DNA from: Candidatus Aenigmatarchaeota archaeon
GTDB taxonomy: Archaea > Aenigmatarchaeota > Aenigmatarchaeia > QMZP01 > QMZT01
Direction of reading: 5' to 3'
Length of the DNA: 64,000 nt
NCBI GenBank assembly: GCA_963726265.1
Contig: CAVSBQ010000002.1
Span: 128,001 to 192,000, forward strand
Part shown: in pieces, positions 42,208 through 50,438 of the stretch
Layout of the letters: each line of letters opens with the position of its first letter
How positions within the stretch are numbered: position 1 is the first letter of the stretch
Program-made: the position numbers and the translations under genes
Notes under the pieces: model-generated
The model's database searches: none
Told to the model about the DNA's origin: nothing
Seen by the model: only the letters and a program-made list of their open reading frames with translations

Positions 42208-42990
42208 TTAGCTCATCCTGACTATGCGGCCCGTCTTCTTAGCATACTTGAAAACAAAGTAGTATAGCGGCAGCGATAAAAGCACGTAAGCGAAAGCCGT
42301 TACGATGCTTATGCCCAGAAGCGCGCCGCTGGCCGCGCCGCTGCTTATCATTAAGCGGACGTTTTCAAAAACCGCCGTAAAGGGCATGGCCCATACCAGG
42401 GGCTGGATAACGGGCGGGTATATGGTCACCGGAAAGAACGGCGCGGAGAGCAGAAGAAAAAGCTGGTGCGTAGTCCACCCCAGGAAACCGTATTCTATGC
42501 CAGCTAAAAATATGATTGCGGCCACCATTATGGCGAGCCCTATCGATGCCATCAACGTTATCAGCGACAGCAGGAGTATGGGATAGAAATTCGCGGTTAT
42601 CAGGGTCAGGCCGAAGCCGTAGTAGGCCAGGCTCAGCATTATCGCTATCACCAGCAAGGCCACAACGGTCGATGATATTATCCTGGCGAACAGGTATTCG
42701 AATTCCGATAAGCCTGTTATCATTATCTGCTTCATGGAGCCGCTCCACGAATCCTCGTTCATCTGCATGTTAACGGTCGACTGCGCAAGGTATGCGAAGG
42801 TCCAGAATATGTTAACGACGAACACTACCAGGCCGGCTTCGAGTGCCATGTCTTTCACGAAATTCGAGAAAAGCCCCCACAGTATGACAGTCGTTATAGG
42901 GAAGTAAAGGAACTCGGCCAGTCTGCCTTTCGCGTTCGCGAAAATCTTGAAATCAAGATAGACCAGCGCCATGACCTTGTACATTTTCAT
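42208..42990 (-). CDS. ABC-2 type permease
   Basis: About six TM segments, SAPFFPV..YP; coupled to ATPase gene. Confidence 0.85.
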   Translation of the reverse strand: MKMYKVMALVYLDFKIFANAKGRLAEFLYFPITTVILWGLFSNFVKDMALEAGLVVFVVNIFWTFAYLAQSTVNMQMNEDSWSGSMKQIMITGLSEFEYLFARIISSTVVALLVIAIMLSLAYYGFGLTLITANFYPILLLSLITLMASIGLAIMVAAIIFLAGIEYGFLGWTTHQLFLLLSAPFFPVTIYPPVIQPLVWAMPFTAVFENVRLMISSGAASGALLGISIVTAFAYVLLSLPLYYFVFKYAKKTGRIVRMS

Positions 42991-43910
42991 GCTTCCGCCT
43001 CGCTCATTATTTTTACGAAATAATCATCCAGCGTCGGCTTCCGGGTTTCGACATACTTTGCCTTCAGGCCGCGGGACTCGAGCAACGAAAGGATTTCGCT
43101 CATGTTCTGGTCGTTGCTGACGGCTTTTGCTATCTTGTTGCCTTTTATCCTGAAGCCGTTTTTGAGCAGGAACTGCCTGTCTTTGATTTCCGCCAGGGTA
43201 ATTATGACCTCATACGTATCGAATTTTTTGCTTTTAACGTCTTTGATGCTGCCGATATCGACGATCTTGCCTTTGTTTATGAACGCGATGCGGTCAGCGA
43301 GTTCCTCGACCTCGTTCATGTAGTGGCTCGTGAGCAGGACGGTTGTTTTGAATTTTTTGTTGATTCTTTTTATTTCTTTCCTCACTTTCATGGCTATTTC
43401 CGGGTCAAGCCCCAGCGTGGGCTCGTCCATGAGGATTACCTTTGGTTTGTTCAGGAGCGCCTTCACGAGGACCGTTCTCATCGTTTCGCCGGTGGAAAGC
43501 GTGTAAAAACGCCTGCCGAGAAGGTGCTCAATGCCGAACGCTCTTGTGAGTTCCTTGAGCCTTTTTTTCCTCTCATGCTTTTCGATGTTGTATATCATGC
43601 CGTAAAAGTTGAGGATGTTCCCGACCGTGAGGGCCCAGTGGAAGCGGGCGTCGCCTGCGACGAAGTTGGTGCTTTCCATCACCGTCCTGTCCTTCCTCGG
43701 GTCCCTGCCCAGCAGCCTGACGCTGCCGGCGTCGGGGTCGAGGATGTTCATTATTATGTTTAGCAGGGTTGTCTTGCCCGACCCGTTTGGCCCGAGCAGG
43801 CCGAATATCTCGCCCTCGCGTACGTCGAAGGACACGTCGCGCAACGCGTAGAATTTCCTGCCCTGGTCCTTGAACTTCTTCGACACGTGGTCGATTTCGA
43901 TGACGTTCAT
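42987..43910 (-). CDS. ABC transporter ATP-binding protein
   Basis: GPNGSGKTT, LSTGE, MDEPT, TSH. Confidence 0.93.
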   Translation of the reverse strand: MNVIEIDHVSKKFKDQGRKFYALRDVSFDVREGEIFGLLGPNGSGKTTLLNIIMNILDPDAGSVRLLGRDPRKDRTVMESTNFVAGDARFHWALTVGNILNFYGMIYNIEKHERKKRLKELTRAFGIEHLLGRRFYTLSTGETMRTVLVKALLNKPKVILMDEPTLGLDPEIAMKVRKEIKRINKKFKTTVLLTSHYMNEVEELADRIAFINKGKIVDIGSIKDVKSKKFDTYEVIITLAEIKDRQFLLKNGFRIKGNKIAKAVSNDQNMSEILSLLESRGLKAKYVETRKPTLDDYFVKIMSEAEA

Positions 43911-43954
43911 AATAAATTAAATAAATTGTTGCGGGATATGAGGCAACAAAGCGA

Positions 43955-45202
43955 TTATTTTTCGTTTACAGTTCTCCACTCTTCCGCCTTCGCCGGGCTC
44001 TCGAGTGCTTCCTTAAGCTTCGCGAGGCCTTCCTTTATGTCGGGCAGGTCGATGCCTGAATAAGCGAGGCGGATGAACTCGCGGTGCTCGCCGTCCATCG
44101 GCGTGCCGAAATGACGGCGGGTACAGAAGGAGACGCCGGTCGTCTCGAGGACGTATTTCCTGAAGTCCTCGACGTCGGTGAAGCCGAGGCTGCGCATCGC
44201 GTCAGTTACGTCGGGGAACAGGTAGAAGGTCGAATTCGGCTTGAAAATCTTCACGCCCTTGATGCGCTTGAGCAGCCTTACGGCGAGGTTCCTGCGCCTC
44301 TTCAGCGTCCTGAGGATTATGCCCGTCTCCTTCTCCGTCGCCTTCAGCGCCTCCAGAGCGCCCCACTGAATAAAATGATTGGAGCAGGACTCGTCGTTGA
44401 CGTTCAGCCGGTTCATCTGCTCTGTCATCCATTCCGGTCCGATGGCCGCGCCGAGCCTCCAGCCCGTCATGGCGAACTTCTTAGAGAACGTGTAAAGTAT
44501 CATCGTCCTCTCGAACATGCCGGGATAGGAAGCTATGCTCCTGCCCTTGCCGTTGTAGTTGATGTCGAAATACGCCTCGTCGCTGAGAACGAGAAGGTCG
44601 TGCCTTATGCAGAGCTTCGCCAGCTCCTCCATCTCCTCCGGATGCGATTCCGCTCCCATGGGATTATGGTAGTTGTTGAAAATCAGGATTTTGGTATTGG
44701 GCGTGATGAGGCTTTCGATTTGCGCCAGGTCGAGGCTGAAGCCCTTCGCATCCATGAGGAAGCCGTAAGGCTTCGGGACGCCTCCATGGAAACGTATCTG
44801 CGATTCGTAGATTGGGTAGCCCGGGTTCGGATAGAGCACCTCGTCTTCGGGGTTCATGAAGGCAAGGATGAACTTCATTATAACGGGCTTGCCGCCGGGC
44901 TGGATGGAAACGTTGTCTTTCGTCAGGCTGATGCCGCGCTGGTGGCCCATCACCTTGGCCAGCTCCTCCCTCAGCTCCGGGATGCCCGCGCACGGGCAGT
45001 AGCCCGTCTTGCCCTCCTTCATGGCCTTCGCGGTCGCCCTGATTATTTTTTTCGGCGTTTTTATGTTCATGTCACCGAGGTGGAACGGGTAAATCTTCCT
45101 GCCGCTGCACGCGAGCTCGTGTGCCTCGAGCGAGACCGAGAAAGCGGTCTCTGTCCCGAGCCTTGACATCCTTTCTGCAATCCTCACAGACATAAAAATC
45201 AT
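43955..45202 (-). CDS. Class I/II PLP-dependent aminotransferase
   Basis: HNPMG, SDEAY, FSKKFAMTGWRLG. Confidence 0.9.
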   Translation of the reverse strand: MIFMSVRIAERMSRLGTETAFSVSLEAHELACSGRKIYPFHLGDMNIKTPKKIIRATAKAMKEGKTGYCPCAGIPELREELAKVMGHQRGISLTKDNVSIQPGGKPVIMKFILAFMNPEDEVLYPNPGYPIYESQIRFHGGVPKPYGFLMDAKGFSLDLAQIESLITPNTKILIFNNYHNPMGAESHPEEMEELAKLCIRHDLLVLSDEAYFDINYNGKGRSIASYPGMFERTMILYTFSKKFAMTGWRLGAAIGPEWMTEQMNRLNVNDESCSNHFIQWGALEALKATEKETGIILRTLKRRRNLAVRLLKRIKGVKIFKPNSTFYLFPDVTDAMRSLGFTDVEDFRKYVLETTGVSFCTRRHFGTPMDGEHREFIRLAYSGIDLPDIKEGLAKLKEALESPAKAEEWRTVNEK

Positions 45203-45224
45203 CCTGATGGGCTGGCCTCGTCTT

Positions 45225-46166
45225 TCATCTTTTCTTCCTCTTGAGCACGTCCTCTATCGCCCTGATTATGTCCGCGCTCTTCAGGTTGAATTCGGCCATG
45301 AGCTGGTCTGGTTCGCCGGATTCGCCGAAGCGGTCGAGTACGCCGACGCGCCTCATGGGAACGGGGTAATGCTCGACCACGAACTCGGCTATGGCAGAAC
45401 CGAAGCCCGCGTTGACCTGGTGTTCCTCCGCCGTCACTATCGCTCCGGTCTCCTTCGCCGCATCGATTATCGCCTTCTCGTCCAGCGGCTTTATGGTGTG
45501 CATGTTGACGACGCGGACGTCGATGTTGCGCTTCTCCAGCTCCTTCGCGGCGACGAGTGCCTCGTAGACCATCGGCCCGCAGGCGAAGACCGTGACGTCG
45601 CTGCCGAACCTGAATGTCTCCGCCTTTCCGAATGTGAACGGCGTCTTTTCCGTCGTCAAAACAGGGACCTTTTCCCTTCCAAAGCGCAGTACCATGGGCC
45701 CGTTGATGGAAGCGGAAGCGAGCGTTGCCTTCTTCGTCTCCCAGTAATCCGTCGGGACAACGACCTTCATGTTCGGCAGGACCCGCGAGAGCGCGATCTC
45801 CTCGAGCGACTGGTGCGTCGCGCCGTCCGCTCCGACGGACACGCCGCCATGCGCGCTCGCTATCTTCACGTTGAATTCGCCGTAAGCGACCGTCGTCCTC
45901 ATCTGGTCCCAGGCGCGGCCAGTGCAGAACACGCCGTAAGTGCTAACATAAGGAATCTTGCCCACCGCAGCCAGGCCGGCAGCGATGCCCATCATGTCCT
46001 GCTCGGAAATCCCGACCTCGACGAAGCGCTCGGGGTATTTCTCCCAGAACCAGAGCGCGCGGGTCGAATCCGAAAGGTCGGCGCAGAGGACGACGACGTT
46101 CGGATTCGTCTTGCCCAGCTCGACCAGGCCGTGGCCGTAGCCGTTTCTCGTGGGAATCTTCTCCAC
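45225..46166 (-). CDS. Transketolase C-terminal subunit (true start probably 46251 via a frameshift)
   Basis: ADLSDST, GISEQ, DGATHQ, TIKPLD, EEH. Confidence 0.92.
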   Translation of the reverse strand: MEKIPTRNGYGHGLVELGKTNPNVVVLCADLSDSTRALWFWEKYPERFVEVGISEQDMMGIAAGLAAVGKIPYVSTYGVFCTGRAWDQMRTTVAYGEFNVKIASAHGGVSVGADGATHQSLEEIALSRVLPNMKVVVPTDYWETKKATLASASINGPMVLRFGREKVPVLTTEKTPFTFGKAETFRFGSDVTVFACGPMVYEALVAAKELEKRNIDVRVVNMHTIKPLDEKAIIDAAKETGAIVTAEEHQVNAGFGSAIAEFVVEHYPVPMRRVGVLDRFGESGEPDQLMAEFNLKSADIIRAIEDVLKRKKR

Positions 46167-46253
46167 CTTGTCGAAAATATTGGCTGCGAGATGAAGCTCG
46201 GCGTTAAGGCCTGATTTTCTGCTGATGCGTGCTCTGTTTTGTTCTCTTCATGT

Positions 46254-47078
46254 TTATTCGCTGTCCTCCAGCTCCTTCAGCGCCTTCGCGGCTTCTTCCT
46301 TGGTCGGCGCCTTGCCGTGCCATTCCGCCTTGTTCTCCATGAACGAAACGCCCTTGCCTTTCACCGTTCTCGCAAGTATGACCGTCGGCTTGCCCTTCGT
46401 CCGCTTCGCTTCATCGAACGCGCCGACCAGCGAGCCTAGGCTGTGGCCGTCGACTTCGATGGCATGCCATCCGAACGCCTTCCACTTGTCCGCGAGCGGC
46501 TCGACGCCCATCACGTCCTTCGTGAAGCCGTCTATCTGCAGCCCGTTGACGTCGACGATGCCGCATATGTTGTCGAGCTTGTAGTGCGCCGCTGACATGG
46601 CGGCCTCCCATATCTGGCCTTCCTGCAGTTCGCCGTCGCCCATCAGGCAGTAGACGCGCGGGTTCTTCCTGTCCATGCGCAGGCCGATCGCCATGCCGAC
46701 CGCGATGGAAAGCCCCTGGCCCAGCGAGCCCGACGAGGTTTCGAGGCATCCGAGCTTGAGCCTGTGCGGATGTCCCTGAAGGCGTGAGCCGAGCTTCCTG
46801 AGCGTGAGCAGTTCCTCGGGCGGGAAGTACCCGCTGCGTGCGAGGGTCGAATAAAGGACAGGGCATACGTGCCCTTTCGAAAGGATGAAACGATCGCGAC
46901 CGTCCCACTGCGGGTTTTTCGGGTCGTGGTTCATGACGCTGAAATAAAGCGAGACCATGATTTCAACAGACGATAGCGCTCCTCCGGGGTGGCCGCTGCC
47001 AGCCTCGGCCGTCATGCTTATTATGTCCTTCCTGACGCTGTTCGCGACCTTCATCATGTCCGGAACTGAATACTTCAT
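46254..47078 (-). CDS. Transketolase N-terminal subunit
   Basis: GSGHPG, LSKGH, GSLGQG, GDGELQEG, VDGH, WHG. Confidence 0.93.
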   Translation of the reverse strand: MKYSVPDMMKVANSVRKDIISMTAEAGSGHPGGALSSVEIMVSLYFSVMNHDPKNPQWDGRDRFILSKGHVCPVLYSTLARSGYFPPEELLTLRKLGSRLQGHPHRLKLGCLETSSGSLGQGLSIAVGMAIGLRMDRKNPRVYCLMGDGELQEGQIWEAAMSAAHYKLDNICGIVDVNGLQIDGFTKDVMGVEPLADKWKAFGWHAIEVDGHSLGSLVGAFDEAKRTKGKPTVILARTVKGKGVSFMENKAEWHGKAPTKEEAAKALKELEDSE

Positions 47079-47246
47079 AAGCGCACCGACGTTATCGGAG
47101 ATATAATCTTTGATTTCTGCAATTTAAGCTTTACGCTTTTGGCTTTTGCTCATTTCCTGGTTTGACTTTGCCGGCCTGTTTTCCTGCGCTTTTATTCGGG
47201 CCGCGACAAAAATAATAATATAGATGCAATTTATGGTGCAGTTTCC

Positions 47247-48287
47247 ATGACGCATACGAAGCCGGATTTTGCGAAAAGGCAGAAGAAGCTCAGGTCGATG
47301 ATGGAGAAGCAGAGGCTGCAGGCAATCCTGACCTCGGACGCGAACGACATCCTCTATTACACGGGCTATGCCGGCCTGAAGGACGACAAGCTGTTCATGC
47401 TTTTACACGCAGGAGGGAAGCCCGAGCTGGTCGTTTCCCCGCTGGAGAACGACGCGGGCACCAGATACCCGCACGTGACATACATAAGCGACACCAAAGA
47501 CTTCATCGCTCTGCTGAAAGGCTACAGGTCGCTGGGCTACAACGAGAAGTCGCTGAGCCTGCTGCTCTTCCAGGAGATGCAGAAGAGCCTGAAGGCAAGG
47601 CTTGAGCCCGTGGGCGGGATGCTTGAGGCGCCGCGGCTCGCGAAGGACGAATATGAGATCGCGCAGATAAAAAATGCAATCGGCATTACGGAAAAAGCCC
47701 TGAAGAAAGTCGGCGCTTCGCTTGGCGAAGGCGGGAAAAGCGAAAAACAGGTCGCCGATGCGATGGAGATGGAATTCATGAGGCGCGGCGTGAGCGAGGC
47801 TTTCGAGACCATTGTGTGCGCGGGAAAAAACACGGCGTTCGTCCACCACAGGCCGGAGGAGAAGAAAACGAAGGCTTCGGACGTTTTCCTAGTCGACACG
47901 GGCTGCCGCTTCAACGGCTACTGTTCCGACATCACTCGTATGTTTTTCGGGAAACTCGATTCCCGCCAGAGGAAAGTCTATGAAGACGTGAAATGGATCC
48001 ATGACGAGGTGATAGACAGGCTGCGCGCCGGCGTCGCCTGCAAGGAAATCGAGGAGCTGCACAGGCGCATGCTCGAGAAAAGGGGCTACAAGGTCGCACA
48101 CAGCTTCGGCCACGGCATCGGCCTTTCCGTGCACGAGCCCGCGGGCGACATCCTGGAGGAAAACGCCGTCGTCACGGTCGAGCCGGGCGTTTACATAAGG
48201 GGTTTCGGCGGCTTCAGGGTGGAGGACATGATAATAATCAAGAAAAAGGGGACAGAAATACTGTCCGAAGCGATACCTGTTCTGTAG
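47247..48287 (+). CDS. Xaa-Pro peptidase (M24 family)
   Basis: DTGC..YCSDITR, HSFGHGIG..HE, TVEPG, RVED. Confidence 0.9.
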   Translation: MTHTKPDFAKRQKKLRSMMEKQRLQAILTSDANDILYYTGYAGLKDDKLFMLLHAGGKPELVVSPLENDAGTRYPHVTYISDTKDFIALLKGYRSLGYNEKSLSLLLFQEMQKSLKARLEPVGGMLEAPRLAKDEYEIAQIKNAIGITEKALKKVGASLGEGGKSEKQVADAMEMEFMRRGVSEAFETIVCAGKNTAFVHHRPEEKKTKASDVFLVDTGCRFNGYCSDITRMFFGKLDSRQRKVYEDVKWIHDEVIDRLRAGVACKEIEELHRRMLEKRGYKVAHSFGHGIGLSVHEPAGDILEENAVVTVEPGVYIRGFGGFRVEDMIIIKKKGTEILSEAIPVL

Positions 48288-48318
48288 CCGTTACGCCAAA
48301 CGCTGGTTTTTTCGGGCC

Positions 48319-48618
48319 TTATTCGTCGGCTTCGGTGTTTTCCTTTCCGGATTCCTCGTCAGCAACAGGGAGCGATATGTGCTTTATTATTATCACGTCG
48401 CCTATGGATTCTATCATGGGGAACGGGATAATCACCCCTTTCTTGCTGCCCAGCATCTTGGAGATGTAGGACTCCTTCGCGGCGCGCACGACAAGCGAGC
48501 GTATCTTGAACCTTTTGAGGTCGCATTCGATGTCCTCGACCTTGCCGCAGAACATCCCCTTGTTCGTGAAAACGTCCTTGCCATATGTTTCCGAAATGCT
48601 GGCAACTTTTATCGCCAT
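48319..48618 (-). CDS. PRC-barrel domain protein (CdpB-like)
   Basis: YGKDVFTNKGMFCGKVEDI...GVIIPFPMIESIGDVIII. Confidence 0.85.
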   Translation of the reverse strand: MAIKVASISETYGKDVFTNKGMFCGKVEDIECDLKRFKIRSLVVRAAKESYISKMLGSKKGVIIPFPMIESIGDVIIIKHISLPVADEESGKENTEADE

Positions 48619-48737
48619 ATACCCACCTCTTTCGCTTTTTATGGAAAATTCAGTCTGATATCTAATTTACGGACAGTGTTTATAAAGTTTCCGAATTTAA
48701 GGCGCTGATATTTAAATCACGGCGTGCAAATTCAGCC

Positions 48738-49373
48738 ATGAGAAGGCTTTTTTCGCTCGATGCCGAAATCCTCGGCGAGGCGTGCGGCGTCTTCGCCGGC
48801 GACGGCGGCATCTACCATGCGGGCAGGAGCTACGCGCTCGAGGTAAGGTGCGCGCCTGACGACGCAGCGTATTACGAGGGCCATGTGAAGCCGCTCTTCG
48901 AGGAAGTCCTGAAGGCCAGGCTGAAAACGTGCAAAAGGTCATACCAGGGCGGCCATGCCGTATGCATCCGCTTCTGCGGGGCGCGGGCCATGAAAATTTT
49001 CCACGTCTTCCTCCAGTTCCCGCTCGGGAGGAAAGCGAACGCGCTACGCATGCCCAAGCTCGTCTTCAACAACCACGAATGCTGGAAAGCGTATGTGCGC
49101 GGCATGTTCGACTCGAGCGGCTCGCTATACCTCAGAAAAACTGCCGGAAAATACAGGAATCCCGTAATAGAAATTTCTTCGCCGTCCATCGCGCATCTGC
49201 TGCAGCTGAAGGAGATTCTGCGCGACATGGGCTTCGGCTTCTGGCTGGAAAAGGGGAACCGCAAGATACGTATCGCGGGCAGAAAGAACGTGGAAAGATT
49301 TTTTAAAGAGATAAACCCACATAATAATGCAAAACGGAAAAAGTTCGCTGAAATAATGCGGACGGGCAAATGA
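48738..49373 (+). CDS. Free-standing LAGLIDADG-family protein with degenerate second motif
   Basis: EACGVFAGDG and YVRGMFDSSG; host-like GC-rich codons; no intein motifs. Confidence 0.8.
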   Translation: MRRLFSLDAEILGEACGVFAGDGGIYHAGRSYALEVRCAPDDAAYYEGHVKPLFEEVLKARLKTCKRSYQGGHAVCIRFCGARAMKIFHVFLQFPLGRKANALRMPKLVFNNHECWKAYVRGMFDSSGSLYLRKTAGKYRNPVIEISSPSIAHLLQLKEILRDMGFGFWLEKGNRKIRIAGRKNVERFFKEINPHNNAKRKKFAEIMRTGK

Positions 49374-49385
49374 CGCAAAACAAAA

Positions 49386-49508
49386 GCTGAGATGGCCGAG
49401 TGGTTAAGGCGCAATAGCTTCCGGTGATTCGCGAGGGTTCCGGAAACTGCGCAAGGTTGCTAACCTTGTGTCCGAAAGGACGCGCAGGTTCGAATCCTGC
49501 TCTCAGCG
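49386..49508 (+). tRNA. tRNA-Ser(GCT) with 40-nt intron at 29/30 (49415-49454)
   Basis: Acceptor GCTGAGA/TCTCAGC+G; long variable arm GTCC-GAAA-GGAC; BHB helix GCGC/GCGC with bulges AA|T and AA|G; inner TTCCGG/CCGGAA. Confidence 0.92.
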
Positions 49509-49703
49509 TTACTTTTTACACCATACGCTGGTCTATAGGCGTATGAGTAATTGAGTGACGCACACACTCGTCATGTCGCCTGCCATTAATGCTTTTGTTT
49601 GATTCCCTGCCTTTTTGCATACAAAGCGTATCATGATTTAGCGTGGCGCTAATACTGGACTATTACCGATTTTGCCTTTGATGGGTAAAGGCAATAAAAC
49701 GCT

Positions 49704-49937
49704 TTATCTGGAAAGATAGTAGATTACGATTATCACGGCGATTATTATTAAAAAGATGGTCAGTCCGATTCCGATATTAATTCCATTATAACCAGCGTCT
49801 CTCAGCACTGACATGCCGGTTGAAGATCCCAGTTGAGCTATGGAGGATCCTCCAAAATAGAACAAAACAGCTCCTAACATCAACGCCACAAATATGGTTC
49901 CGGTTACCGTCACCCAGCTCATGAATTTTAATAGCAA
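49704..49937 (-). CDS. Small two-TM membrane protein (island)
   Basis: Two hydrophobic segments. Confidence 0.55.
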   Translation of the reverse strand: MLLKFMSWVTVTGTIFVALMLGAVLFYFGGSSIAQLGSSTGMSVLRDAGYNGINIGIGLTIFLIIIAVIIVIYYLSR

Positions 49938-49950
49938 AAATAGTTTTAAA

Positions 49951-50262
49951 TTACTTTGTATTGCTTAGAACCAGCGGTAAGCCCCTCTTCTTGAGCATTT
50001 CGATACGCTCTTCATGCGACAAAACCTTTGTTTTCCCCTGTTCCAAAACTTCTTTAATTTCTTTTTTGGTCCTGCCACATGCAGGGCAACTGGAATGGAC
50101 GTCTACTCTCTCCTCATGATAGACAGGTATTCGCTTCACCTTCCCGAAAGCCCGGGCGGCTTGAAAGCTGTAATAACTCTGCATTCTTGTCACGCTTATC
50201 TTCGCTTTACCGCAAAACGGACAGTCAACTTCTTCGTTAATCGAGACAGATAAATCGGTCAT
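49951..50262 (-). CDS. Zinc-finger protein (island)
   Basis: CPFC...CPAC; start at MTDLS, 1 nt after the upstream stop. Confidence 0.65.
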   Translation of the reverse strand: MTDLSVSINEEVDCPFCGKAKISVTRMQSYYSFQAARAFGKVKRIPVYHEERVDVHSSCPACGRTKKEIKEVLEQGKTKVLSHEERIEMLKKRGLPLVLSNTK

Positions 50263-50263
50263 G

Positions 50264-50434
50264 CTAAATTCCCATTCCAATTAATATGGCTCCAACGAAA
50301 ATCATAACTCCGCCCACAGGACCGGAGATAGTTATTGGAACCGGAATTTTCAAGACTGCTCTCACAGGTGGAACTACTCCAACGATTTCAATCAATATCC
50401 CCAACGCGAAAAGAGTGGCTCCAATAGTTCCCAT
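50264..50434 (-). CDS. 56-aa two-TM membrane protein (island)
   Basis: Manual translation MGTIGATLFALGILIEIVGVVPPVRAVLKIPVPITISGPVGGVMIFVGAILIGMGI; fills the gap between neighbours. Confidence 0.55.
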   Translation of the reverse strand: MGTIGATLFALGILIEIVGVVPPVRAVLKIPVPITISGPVGGVMIFVGAILIGMGI

Positions 50435-50438
50435 GTCA

